Source: Octopus sinensis (taxonomy: Eukaryota). Taken from it: a stretch of 64,000 bases of DNA. The position numbers were made by a program, and so were the translations under genes. The stretch spans positions 45,074,001 through 45,138,000 of the forward strand of contig NC_043004.1 in NCBI RefSeq assembly GCF_006345805.1. The letters run 5' to 3'. A model generated the notes under the pieces. That model saw nothing but the letters and a program-made list of their open reading frames with translations. It searched no databases and was not told the origin of the DNA. This document shows, piece after piece, positions 25,446 to 37,954 of the stretch (positions within the stretch are counted from its first letter, which is position 1; each line of letters opens with the position of its first letter).

Positions 25446-26129
25446 CAAAACTTCTTAAGCAGACAACCATGCCTCTGTAAATTCCACCCACGGATAAGAT
25501 ATCTCTGTACACCAGCACATGTATTGGCTATAAGTACATTGTGAGATTTGTGCAGCAATTCTGTGAAGCAGATATTTGTGATATTAAAATTTGAAATGAG
25601 TGGCCCACTCTCAGTAAATACCTCATATGCTAATAGCATTTACAATAGCCGAAGCCACATAAATACCCACTAAGCAGCATTACAGCTCACAAATAATAGT
25701 AATTTAGCATTAGTAAATTCACTTTTCTATCAAATTGAATCAACACTTAATGTTTTTTGAAATTACCTCCTCTTTGAGAATCTTTGACAGTTGCCATTTT
25801 TTTCCCTGCTTTCATTTTCCCCCCTTTTTGTTGTTGTTTGCTTTCTCCATCAAAGAGGTAAATGTCTTCGTTAAGGAAAGTATTTTACGTAAATTATTAA
25901 GTATATCACCTACTTAATGTTACATTAGTTGTCGTGACATTAGACATTATTTAAGATACATTTCTTTTCATAATTAAAAATGTAAGAAAGTAATTTCTCA
26001 TTCCATTAATCATCTTTAGAGATGGAAAACGCTTTAATATTTATACCTGCACTACATTTCAATTGGTTTGATAACCAATCATTATTGTATGTCACAATCA
26101 TGGATTTTGCACATAGCGCCAGATTGATC

Positions 26130-26515
26130 TTTTATTTACCTTTCAGCTTTTACCTGTTTCAACCATTTGGCTGTTGATATGGTGGGGCGCCGTATTGAAC
26201 GGTTTTAGTCAAATAAATCAACCCAAGTACTTATTTTTTGAAGTCTGGCTCTTATTCTATTTATTCTAATTAGGAGGATGTATGCAAATCAACACTGGTC
26301 GAGCTGACGAGGTATACACACACACACACTTGCGTGCACACCCACTCACTCACATCCACACACACAATGGACTTCTTTATTTTCCATCTATCAATCCACT
26401 CACAAGTCTTTGGTCAGCCCAGGCTTGTAGAAGATTCAGTGTTCCATGCAGTGGGATTGAACCCAAAACTATGTGGTTTGGAAGCAAACTCCTTACCACA
26501 CAGACATGCTGATAC
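26130..26515 (-). mobile_element. SINE family A, degenerate
   Basis: Tail (26130-26260) and head (26360-26515) recognisable. Confidence 0.6.
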
Positions 26516-26639
26516 CTATTTCTAAAGTATCAGTGGCCTGATGGGTAAGAATGATTATTATCATCAATTTAGAAATAAAGTCTTCTAGTTTCAAATCCAG
26601 TCAAGATACCATCAGACTCACTGAAGCATAGTATAGATC

Positions 26640-26830
26640 ATCATCATCATCATTTAACATCCATGTTCCATGCTGGCATGGCTTGGACAGTTTGACAGGA
26701 TCTCATGTTTCCAAGGACTGCATCAAGTTCCAATGTCTGCTTTAGCATGGTTTTTATGGCTGGATGACTTTTCTAATGCCAACCACTCTACAGAGTGGAG
26801 TGGGTGCGTTTGTCATGCCACCTGCACTAT
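26640..26830 (-). mobile_element. RTE 3' end, diverged
   Basis: CATCATCATCATTTAAC..CCATGCTGGCATG..GGCTGGATG..CCAACCACTC. Confidence 0.65.
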
Positions 26831-27434
26831 TCAGGTCACGAAGCTGTTCACAAAACTATGAGATGGGTAGAGGGTGGAGGGGTCAGCTTCATACTAAGGT
26901 ACAAGGAGATTACTATGGGATGGGGGCAGAGAATATTCCTGTAGAGAGATCTGCATGACTACACACATCTAGTGGGGGAGAAAGAGAAAATGATTAGTAT
27001 GACATCTGATGTCATTCAGGCATTCCACTTTTCGAAACAACGTTTAGATGTAAATATTATTAAACAATGTTTTTCACTTCTATAGATGAGGTTAATAACA
27101 TGGAAAATGATAATCTTATTAACTACGACTCATTTCAGACATTTTGACATTTATGTAACAGATTTTGTCTTTACATGTGACTAGTTTACAGAACTTAACA
27201 CATATATTATGAATCATACACAACTCTTTATAGGCGCCTGACAATGCATCTTCAAAACAGTGTCTATATGTGCTCTTTTTTAAGTACATGCCCTCTTTGA
27301 ATATATATAAAATTTAAATGAAAATATATCCTAGGAGTAAAATTCTTCCCCAAATCTTTAAGTACTAATCCAAAGAAAATAATGTAGTGTTGTTTTTTTC
27401 TTTGTTAGTTTTTATGTCTGTTTTTCTATACTAG

Positions 27435-27470
27435 CATAGGTTTGAGGAATACTTGAATACTTATAATGAG
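27435..27470 (+). CDS. Candidate 36-nt (or 31-nt from 27440) cassette exon
   Basis: TACTAAT branch-like motif at 27363, long T tract, ctAG|CATAG|GTTTGAGGAATACTTGAATACTTATAATGAG|GTGTTG; reads HRFEEYLNTYNE; weak donor. Confidence 0.25.
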
Positions 27471-27899
27471 GTGTTGTTCTTTCTGCCAGATGCTTTCTTG
27501 CCACTGGCTTTCTACTTGTATTCAAGTAAAGGTTTTTGTTTATATTTCCACTTGGCTTTGAAAGTGCAAGTTTAGAGGCTGATATGTTGACAAACAATGT
27601 GAATGACACCACCATTTTTTGCTCTTTTGCTCGATGCTTTCATGCGAACATGTGGAATGTTAACATTCATGTACCCTGCACACGTACATGATGCGCATAC
27701 ATACATGCACACACATGATTGGGTGGGATCTGTCCAGTTTCTATCTACCAATTTCACTCATAATGTATCAGTAACCTGAAACTATAATGGAAGTCCTCTG
27801 CCCAAGTTACCATATGGTTACAAAGTGAACTCCGTTTCCACACAGCTATACCTGTGCCTTGTCTTAACAAAGTTATAGCATGAGGAGAAGGGACAGTAT

Positions 27900-28190
27900 A
27901 TATAGCCTTTTAGCTATCTAGCTAGTAAGGCTGATCTGGATAATGTTCGACATAAACTTCATCAGGTGGATGCCATTGAGAAAGCATAGACAGGTAAGTA
28001 CACCTTTATGGTGGTAGTTTTGTTTTGGAAAGGTCTGAATGAAAAGTTTAGAGTAGAGTTTGGAGTCATAGCACAGTTAGGATGATGAAAGGGTGAAAAG
28101 CACTTGAATTAGGTAAGCATGGATGAGCAAGAGTACCTCACTTTCTATTTTAGAAAGGCAAACCTATTTGTAGAATCAGAAGAAACAGTA
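27900..28190 (-). mobile_element. Highly degenerate CR1/Jockey-like RT fragment
   Basis: Minus strand resembles the region around the YADD motif (…ACTCTAAACTTTTCATTC); many stops. Confidence 0.3.
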
Positions 28191-29235
28191 GGGAAGATAT
28201 TACATTTCAGTATGTTAGTATTTGTTGTAGGTTAACTAGTGAAGTTTTGCCAATTTGAAATGCACATTGAGTTAACAAATCTCTCATTTGACAAGTGACA
28301 GCCTAAGCAGATAATCTATAACAGATGAGGCCTTAGAATAATATTGTCAGCCTCATGCATGAAGTATAACATAAAATGCTTGCTGAACTGTTGTATCATA
28401 TGATATTTGACACCACAAATGGATCTTTCATATTCAAAAAATATTGAACGTTCAGCATTGTGTTCCACGCTCAGCAGTCATCTTCAGAAATGAGTGATGC
28501 ATATTTAAAATACTGATGCAATAATAAATAACGTTAGTTATTAAGCTATATACAGCACTGTGCTGTGATAAAAATTTGCTATCAGAAAAGAAAAGAAGAA
28601 AAACAGCGATTATAATGCCAATGAAAATAATTCTTTTGGTGTGCTTGTATATAAAGAGCATGTTTATATGCACTGAGATTGACCTGAAGATTCTGCCTCA
28701 TACATGCATTTACCATGGTTGGCACACATTATGACATGTACGTAAGGGAATCCACATAGCTTTATCGATGCATGCACACATAAACGTACACACTTGCATG
28801 GAAACAGATGAGGGATGGCATCAGGAAGAGCATTTGACCATAGAAATCTCTGCCTCAATGTAATTTTGTCTGACCCACAGAAGCATGGAAAAGCAGATAA
28901 AAATTAAAACAGTAGTAATCATGATGATGACTTACATGTACACATGTAAACTTAAATCTTTATATGCAGTTATATCATTCATACACGCAACCATGTAATG
29001 CACACACATTCAGGAAGGTAAACAACTGAGCTAATTGCATACACTTAATTTATGTGTATGAACATGCATATACATTTACAACATGATCTAGCTATATGAA
29101 TGTCATCATCATCATCATCATCTCCATTTTATGATCAGTTTCCATGCTGGCATTGGCTTGGTGGGTCATTGTGCCTTGAATCAATTCTCATTCATTGTTA
29201 ATGTCTTCCTTTATAGGTTGGTGACCACATATTGC

Positions 29236-29278
<43 letters not shown>

Positions 29279-29342
29279 TCCTATGCCAATATGGAAGGCG
29301 GTCGTTAAACGATGATGATTATATATATATATATATATATAT

Positions 29343-29560
29343 ATAGTTAATCCAAACATGAAAACACAAAGAGAAAACACAACAACGCAAGGACGTGGAA
29401 CAAATATAATATTATTGGACGCTCAGGAAGGAAGGAAAGAAGGAGGTTTTAACGTTTTGAGCGGAGCTCTTCGTCAGAAACATAGGAAAAGGAAAGATCC
29501 AGAGAAGGGAAGACAGAGAAAAAAAAATTGCCAACGGTACACATGCGGTCACATTTTGAA
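29343..29560. mobile_element. Penelope-like terminal repeat fragment
   Basis: AACGTTTTGAGCGGAGCTCTTCGTCAGAAAC resembles the ACGTTTCG..CTCTTCGTCAG signature of Penelope ends. Confidence 0.4.
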
Positions 29561-30654
29561 TGTATATATATACATACACACACACATACTCTCATACTCT
29601 TTTTAAGCATATGAATATTCATGTGTGTGTGGAGGGACAAAATTTTAGAGGAAAAACTTGCACTTATTTATGCATACAAGTTTCACCTGTCTACCAATAT
29701 TTTTTTATCTAAAGAAATGCCATGAACTCAGATTGGTACAGCTTGGCATCAGTGTCATCACCGTTGTTGCTTTCAGAAGGCGAAGAACCAGAAGAGATAC
29801 CATGAGGTATCTTGCCTTACACTGACAGTTTCACCAATCATCCACTCTGGAGAAGTACTTTATTTTTCGTCTACACTGAAGTGGGGGCAGAGTTGACCAG
29901 AGCGTGATTTGAACTAAGAGCTCTGTGTGTTGCAATACATACAGTGAGGCATTCTTTCCAATGTTCTAATGACTCTTACATAATGAAATGTTGAGTTATG
30001 TATTTGTGTAGGCTTAAATATTTATGCAGGCATACTCTCTCTCTCTCTATCTCTCTCACACATACACACCAATTGGGCACTCTTATACACGTAGCTAATA
30101 TAGACTTATAGACACTCATACATAGACACACCAAATGGTTACTCAGAGCAACATACAAACTTAATGGATACACATGATCATAATATACACTCACTTATAC
30201 CAACTGCAATCTTATACATGCATACTTAGTAAGCCATCTGTTTCTCTCTCTCTCTCTCTCTCATGCATGCACACACACACACCTAATACAACCATAATAA
30301 GCTTCATTATTTTTACTGTTCCATGTTGTTCCTGTCTGGAATGTCTGCTATAGAGATCATTTCTCACCATTTTCAATTTATATAGGCAACAACAAAACAT
30401 TATTTCCTTCCTCCAAACCCAAACATTTCCTTCTTAGCTGCTTCTTTAACGTACACACCCATTCCAATATTCTTTTCATGCTTCCTGGTATCTATGGTTA
30501 CTCTACTAATGAACCATCTTAATCTTGCAGCTCTGATGTAAATGGTATAATTTACCTTGAGGGAAGTAACTGTTGAGTCTTGGTCACATATTTTTAATGT
30601 TCGTTTTGTAATCATCTATCTTTTTCAATTTTCTCTTTTTTCTTTTGGTGGGAG

Positions 30655-31035
30655 TATCTATCTTTTACTTCTTTCAGTCATTGGACTGTGGTTATGCTGG
30701 GCCACTACTTCGAAGGGTTTAGCCAAGCAAATTGACCCTAGTACTTATTTTTTATGTTTGGTACCTATTCTATTGGTCTCTTTTGTCAGACCACTAAGTG
30801 ATGAGGACATAAGACAACATCTGTTTTCAAGTGGTGATGGGGTGACAAAGACACACACACAACATATATACACACACAGAGGCTTCTTTCAGTTCCTGTC
30901 TACTGAATCTACCCATAAGGCTTTGGTCAGCCCATGGCTTTTGTAGAAGACCTTTTCCCAAGATTCTCTACAGTGGGACTGAACCTAAAACCACATGGTT
31001 GGGAAGCAAGCTAACTTCATAGCTATGCCTGTGCC
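30655..31035 (-). mobile_element. SINE family A
   Basis: Full reverse-complement copy. Confidence 0.75.
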
Positions 31036-32654
31036 TATCTCAACCACATGCCAATGCCTGCATTTAAGGGATATTTTCTTTCTGGTGTATTCTTGAAGTG
31101 GTATTTTGCCATCAAATATCAAATTTTGAGGGCTTATGCATGTGAGTTTGAAATGAGGGTATAGACTTCTCATTTCATTATGAGGTTGCATATTTCTCAG
31201 TTTCTCATGAAGGTGTACACTTGAAGTCCCATGATAAACTGTTTATCGAAATAATGCAGTTGTTACATGCACTCCCTTGTTAAATCAAATTAACCTTCAT
31301 CACATGACCATCAAGTTGAGTCACCTGACACTTATGCAAAACATATGCAGCACTACTATGATAAAACAATGATACTACATTTGGCATAAAAGGAGGGTGC
31401 ACAGATGTATGCATGGAGGAGGAGATGGTCATCATAGACATGTTAGCCCAGACAGAGTATGTAGCTCTGAATTTATAATAAGGATATCAAGCTGTGAAGA
31501 CTATGCTTGCATTACTAGGTAGCGGGTTTAAGGCCCAGGCTCTTATGATAAGGGTGTAGATCTGTTAGTTCATAATAAGTATGTTGATCTCATTGATAAC
31601 GAGGGCAGAGACCCCTCTCTTAATACTGTTGTTGTAGATCCATCTGCTACATTTTGAAGTTGTAGATCTATCAACTTAATTAAGTGCAGGCAGTTTTCTC
31701 AGTTTGATTCTTGCTTTTTGGGTACATCTTTTGGGCACGAGCAGATGTGTGAACTCAACTTGGGAGCACTGAAAGCACACGCAGACAATATCTCAGCTTG
31801 TAGGAGGTATATTATTTCAAAACATACTCCTCTAACAAAACATATTACGTTTACACATATATTTAGTATTATCATTTATTTTATGAAGCCTGTAGTATAA
31901 GAATAGAGATTAAACCATTTCTTAGAATTCTTTTTATTGGAGCTATTTCAGTTCCTACACACCACTGATGTAATAACAGTAACCATAAACATTTTAACTA
32001 CTCATTTCTCCTATTCTAAAATTATTTTGTATTTTTCTTTTACTGGTTTATATAACGTTGCAAAATTGTATTATTGAGAGAGAGAGAGAGAAAGAGAGGG
32101 TGGTGGAAGAGATTGAACAAGTATATGAGATTTTGTGAGGGAAGGAAAATAACATATTTGTGTGAAAGTGTGTACATGTGCATGAGAATTGTCTGTCTGT
32201 TCATCTATAACCCCAATGAAGTCTTCAGCAAATACTCTAAGTGCTTCTCAAGATGTAGATTTCAAATACCATGCATATATACCTTCTATACAATGTAAGG
32301 TTGAACCTATTTAGGAAAAACAAAAGAAAATTAAAACTGTAGCTGGTAAATTCTGTGAGAAAATCACATACATTACTTTTCTTTATTATGTAATTTATAC
32401 TATTTATGGGCTATTTTAAACATAAACTGAAAAATCAACATGGGTTGACTTTTTCCATCAGTTATTTATTTAATTCTTACCTAATATAACCTGTCCCATA
32501 ACTCTTCCTCCTGTCTGAATCACACTCCTCCCCTACTCTAATTTAGGTTTGCACTAATCCCGCTCCTCTTCTCTTAGTAATTCTCACAGAGAGGTTAGTG
32601 ACCAGTTGAAGTCTTTGTTACGTCATGCTTTACATATATATATGTGTGTGAATG

Positions 32655-32990
32655 AGTACAGCTTTGTGGTTATGATGATGCAGTTGAGATTGCAAGATTG
32701 TAGTTTCGAATCATAGGCGGGCAGTGCATTGCGTTCTTGAGCAAAACACTTCCTTTCATGCTGCTCCATCACCTCAGCTGTAAATGGGTAACCCTGAGAT
32801 GGACAGATGTTCAAGTCAGGGAGAATGTTGGACTGTCTGCTTACCCAGCTGGGTGGCATCATTCGAAAGCTAAAGCTATACAAGGAAGCACATTGTAACC
32901 AGAATGTATAATAATATCCAGTAATCTGGTTGATACAGTGGTGTATAATGCCAGAGGATTTGTGTTGTATTGTGCCTTTTATGTTACACT
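32655..32990 (+). mobile_element. CORE-type tRNA SINE (family C)
   Basis: Degenerate tRNA head, then GTTCTTGAGCAAAACACTT..CTCAGCTGTAAATGGGTA core-like domain. Confidence 0.6.
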
Positions 32991-33144
32991 GCAATATCTA
33001 TGCACCATAGATGCAAGCATGAGTATAGAATTAAGACCTTCACTTTGTAACCTTATAGTTTAGGGTTCACTGTGGGGAGATTTCTACTATGGTTTTGGGC
33101 TGAGCAAGGTCTTATATGTATATGAGCAGTCAACTGGCTTCCAT

Positions 33145-33457
33145 TCTAGTGGCACGTAACAGGGCACCATTTGAGCGTGATCGTTACCAAAGTCACCTTA
33201 CATGCTGGTGGCATGTGTAAAAGGATTCGAGCGAGGTCGTTGCCAGTACCGCTTGACTGGCCCCCATGCCGGTGGCACATGAAAAGCACCCCCTACACTC
33301 TCGGAGTGGTTGGTGTTAGGAAGGGCATCCAGCTGTAGAAACTCTGCCAAATCAAGATTGGAGACTGGTGCAACCATCTGGTTCGCCAGCCCTCAGTCAA
33401 AATCGTCCAACCCATGCTAGCATAGAAAGCGGACGTTAAACGATGATGATGATGATG
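33145..33457 (+). mobile_element. RTE LINE 3' end
   Basis: GGAAGGGCATCCAGCTGTAGAAAC core; CGGACGTTAAACGATGATGATGAT tail. Confidence 0.8.
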
Positions 33458-33912
33458 TATGTGCGTCTTTGTTTTCATGTTTAAGCCTTTATTGGTAAAC
33501 AAAGTCATAGTTCATACAATGTTATTTGTTTACAGTCTGCTGTTAATGTGTTCAACCAGTGGTTCTTTATTCAAAGGACTACAGAATATACCATGTTACA
33601 TGGAAGCAAATGAGGTTTGGAAGAGCATCTGAACATACATGGAAAATTAACTGTTAAACCGTAGATAAGGACAATGATGATATATCATTATTTTCATGTT
33701 ATAATGATACAAGCCGGATTATATTATCAAAAGAACCACAATTCAGTTGGGTGACGTGCAAGTAATAGCAGCCAAATTTTATTCAAATTACAACCTACTG
33801 TTTGAAAAAAGAAAGGTTTTTAAATAAAAGGAACATTTTAGATGATGTAGTCATGATGGTCACTACTGGAGTGCTTCTGGTCAGCAGTATGCTCTTCTCA
33901 ATCATAACTTAC

Positions 33913-33986
33913 TTTGAACTAAAACATTAAGAACATCATCAACCATCAAGTCTCTTACCTCATTAAGTATCGATGGAAGTACAAAA
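33913..33986 (-). CDS. Candidate minus-strand exon (28 nt to first donor, 74 nt to second)
   Basis: ~80-nt polypyrimidine tract, tttcAG, donors GAG|GTAAGA and AAA|GTAAGT; open frame FVLPSILNEVRDLMVDDVLNVLVQ. Confidence 0.25.
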
Positions 33987-34790
33987 CTGAAAGTAGATGA
34001 ACGAAAAAATAAATATTACAAAAAGTAAAAAGAAATTGCAAAAAAGAAAAAAAAACTGAAGAAAATGTCCAGCCAGTCTACATATTTTAATTGGAGAAAC
34101 TAATCAACTGTTCTATATCCTATTTGTGCAATATTGAAGCCAATTTCTTATATAATTAGGTGCATTGTCATATAGACTTTAGCTGACTAATCATCCACAT
34201 TACTGTTGATTGTTAATTGTGACAAAATGAACCAGACACATGACTTGTGTAATTTCAAAATGCTTTGACTTTTAGAAATGAAATTACAAGAAACAGTGAG
34301 GGAGTGATGTAATGGAGAAATAAGAGAGAGAGAGAGAAGGAGAGGAAAAGTGGGAAAGATGTAATGGAGAAGTGAGAGAAAGAGCAAGAAAGATAAAAAT
34401 AGAAAATAAGAAGAAATTATAATAATGATACAAAAATAAAATAATTATCTTGAAATGAAAACAAATTAGATGTGAGGCGTATTAGAGTGAAAACTATAGT
34501 TCATAATAATGATCATATATGTGTATGAGAGAGTGTATGTGTGTGTGTATTATATGGACTCACAAGGCTCACTGCTTCACTCACAACTTGAGATAAATAC
34601 TTTCATTATGTAGACTGTGTGAAACACTCTTTACAGACCACTTTCAATTTTGTCAAAACAATTTAAACGGTGCATACCCTACACAAGATCACCTTTCAAT
34701 ATTATATAACAAAACCCATGTAGTATATATATTCTATATGATTCACATGGTATATAATCTGCACAATTGACTAGATAGCATATGCTATAT

Positions 34791-35155
34791 CATCATCATC
34801 ATCGTTTAATGTCCGCTTTCCATGCTAGCATGGGTTGGACGGTTCAACTGGGGTCTGGGAAGCCCGAAGGCTGCACCAGGCCCAGTCAGATCTGGCAGTG
34901 TTTCTACAGCTGGATGCCCTTCCTAACGCCAACCACTCCGTGAGTGTAGTGGGTGCTTTTTATGTGCCACTGACACAGGTGCCAGACGAGGCTGGCGAAC
35001 GGCCACGCTCGGATGGTGCTTTTTACGTGCCACCGGCACGAAGGCCAGGCGAGGCTGGCAATGGCCACGATCGGATGGTGTTTGATACGTGCCACCGGCA
35101 CAGAGGCCAGGTGATGTGGTGCTGGCTACAGCCACGTTCGGATGGTTCTCTTATG
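34791..35155 (-). mobile_element. RTE LINE 3' end with ~3 internal tandem units
   Basis: Young, CpG-rich; CATCATCATCATCGTTTAATGTCCGC tail complement. Confidence 0.85.
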
Positions 35156-36318
35156 TGACATATCACATGGTACATATTCTACACAATGGTATATGTGATT
35201 AGAATGTCACAGGAAAGAATTGCTACACAGATTCTGGTAGGAGATCTAGGGTTAGACCAAGTATGAGATATCCTTATCTCAGTTGGTCATGCTTGGAAAT
35301 CCTGTTGCAAAGTGTTGCTTCTGATGGGACCATGTGGAGAAGATACCTGGGGACTTTACACCTATGACACTCCAAAGAATAGTGGGTGGAAAATATGGAT
35401 GGTTAATATTGTTATGTATTACACAATTCACATGGAATTTAATTTAAACAATTCACACAGTATATAATCTATGCAGTTCACATGGATTGACAATGTTCTA
35501 CAAAATCCACATGGTTTATATTCTATCCAAATCATAGATTATATATTCTACACAGTTATGCTTATCAGCAACCAATAACCAACAGATTTTGCTCTAAAAC
35601 AGCAAACTGCATGTAATGCAGGCATCTTGTCTCACCACAGGAGTGTACAGTGTTATATGTGGTGCTGTATTGAAAAACATGCTTTTAACTATTGAAAATA
35701 CATGTTAGTATGGGTATGATTGTATGTGTATGTATTTTTTAGTGTGTGGTGAATTGTGTGTGCATGCATGCATGCATGTATGTGTTTGTGTGTGTACAGA
35801 GAGATAGAGAGAGGAGGTGAGATAAAGTTGCTTGTTTCCTGTTCAAAAGAGAAAATCTCTTTGCAATGGCACACATTCAGGTTTTGGATTAAATAAAAAA
35901 AAAAAAACAGTGAGAGAGAGAAAGATAGTAGGTAACATTTGGTGTGACACAGTGGTGCTAAACCCAGAACCATATAGCTAAGACACAGGCTTCTTGCCAC
36001 ACAGACAGCACTGTGTTTTCTACAACAGAGGTTATAGAAAAAAAAATAAAGGTAAGCATTCAACTAGCTCCTGAAAAATTCGAATTATTAATTTGCATTT
36101 TATGTATATCTCTTTTAGTACATCATCATGCAACAGATGAAAGTTTCTTTGGGATCTTTCTAAATTTCTTTCCAATTTTTACCGTCTAAAGTGTAGTTTA
36201 GATATAGTTTTGCTTACCAATTGTAAAAATGTTTGGCAAATTTATAGTTTGACACCCTTCCTGATTATGGTGTTAAATAATGCTTTTTATTTGTTTCTGC
36301 AAATAATTTTTTCCACAG

Positions 36319-36336
36319 AAATTGGAGATGGGTGAG
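36319..36336 (+). CDS. Candidate 18-nt (or 13-nt) microexon
   Basis: tgctttttatttgtttctgcaaataattttttccacAG|AAATTGGAGATGG|GTGAG|GTAGGG; two good donors; 18-nt form reads KLEMGE. Confidence 0.33.
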
Positions 36337-36832
36337 GTAGGGTTGACCCTCAGAAATTCCCCCCTCACTTCCTAAGGCTAGCCATGTATATATATATATG
36401 TATGTATGTATATAAGCACACAACTTTTTTTGTTTACATCCTACCCTTCACCTAAAAGGTTGTTTAAACAAATGGAATAAATAATCCCTTACTTGAAAAG
36501 CAGGAAGGGCATCTGGCTATAAAGCAAAGCTTCAGTAATATGGAAAAATGGATGTAAAGCAATTGGATGTAAAACAATTAAGTGTATGAAAAATCTGCAC
36601 ATGTCCATGAGGGTTTGATTTAGTGGACCCTGTTAAGTAGCTGGTGTCTTATTTTATTCATTTAATACTTAGTAGGTAAAGGTGAGAAGGATTTAAACTG
36701 AAGCAGAAATATAAAACTAAATTAAGACATAGCTTGTTATTCTTTACTTTTCCTGTTCACTACCTTTATAACAACAACAACAACAACAATAATAATAATG
36801 GTGATGATAATAGATGAGCAATATAAACAAAA

Positions 36833-37200
36833 ATCAGAGAGCGTGATCGAGAATGATAATTATAGGATTTTATTGGATTTTTCTATAGAAACTGACCATA
36901 CTCTCTCTGAAGCAAGGAAACCAGATATGATTGTAGAAGACCAAAGAAGGAAAAAAAAAAGTGTAAGATCATAGATTTCGCAATATCATATGACAGTAGT
37001 GGATATCAAAGAAATCGAGAAAATTAAGAAATATCAATCAAAACCTTGCCTAAGAGATGAAAAGATGGTGGAACACCTAAGAGGCTGATAGATATTGGAA
37101 TTATGACAGGTATTGTTGACCTGCAGGAAAGTGCCATCCTGTCTTCTGCAGGAATGCAAAGAAAGATTATTGAGTGTTGAAGAGACTTGTTGTCGCCAGA
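36833..37200 (+). mobile_element. R4/Dong-type LINE 3' remnant (restriction-like endonuclease domain)
   Basis: ENDNYRILLDFSIETDHTLSEARKPDMIV..KCKIIDFAISYDS..KEIEKIKKYQ matches the PD..D/E RLE motif; frameshifted; flanked by (AAT)n. Confidence 0.8.
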
Positions 37201-37245
37201 CCTCAGGATAGCATCCCTACTATTTAAATTAGCATGCAATAGCTT

Positions 37246-37415
37246 TTGAATAATAGTAGTAGTAGTAGTAGTAATAATAATGAGGGTAATGATAATAATA
37301 ACAACAATAATAATAAGGGTAATAATAATAATGATAATAATAACAATAATAATGAGGGTAATAATAATAATAATAATAATAATAAAATGATATTAGTAGT
37401 AGTCAATTACATCAA
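37246..37415. repeat. (AAT)n/(AGT)n microsatellite
   Basis: Direct reading. Confidence 0.9.
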
Positions 37416-37419
37416 CTCT

Positions 37420-37568
37420 AGTGCTTGACTGGTACTACTTAATTTATCGAGCCCGAAAGGATGAAGGTGAATTTGACCTTGGTGAAATTTGAACTCAGAA
37501 CATAAAAGATGGGTGAAATTCCACTAAGCATTTTGCCGACATGTTATCAATTCTAACAACTTGCCACC

Positions 37569-37570
<2 letters not shown>
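37420..37570 (-). mobile_element. SINE family B
   Basis: TTTATCGAGCCCGAAAGGATGAAGG..AAATTTGAACTCAGAAC. Confidence 0.7.
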
Positions 37571-37617
<47 letters not shown>

Positions 37618-37619
37618 TT

Positions 37620-37954
37620 TTTTATTAACTGTTAAGAGTTTACAAAATCATTAGGGATGGTACAGGATGATATAATTTTGGATTACATAAAGGAGCATGT
37701 AAGAAGAAGAGCAACAATAAATATAAATTTCAACAATGAATAATTCCCCCAAAATGGGAGACTTTCTGAGGGCTAGTTGTGGAAACCCTACAAAAGCATG
37801 GCCACCTTGACCACTAAGGCAACTTCCTTCTCTTAGCTGTCTTTCTTCCCTCTACAAGTGCATGCTCAGAATAGGCCTGTGTGCTTAGACAATGCTTGCA
37901 ATTGTCACCCAGTTTCCAACAAATTTACTGGAAGGCAGTTTACTTTTTGATTTG
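37620..37954 (-). mobile_element. Degenerate LINE 3' end, possibly CRE-like RLE clade
   Basis: Weak resemblance to an RLE C-terminus; bounded by (AAT)n on both sides. Confidence 0.3.

Noticed and set aside
27914-27999. Exon-like segment YLASKADLDNVRHKLHQVDAIEKA* ending CAG|GTAAGT
   Set aside because: In-frame stop before the donor, and the region appears to be the antisense of a degenerate LINE RT
34950-35155. Regularly spaced GC-rich repeats resembling a CRISPR array
   Set aside because: No unique spacers; they are tandem units within the RTE 3' UTR of a eukaryotic genome
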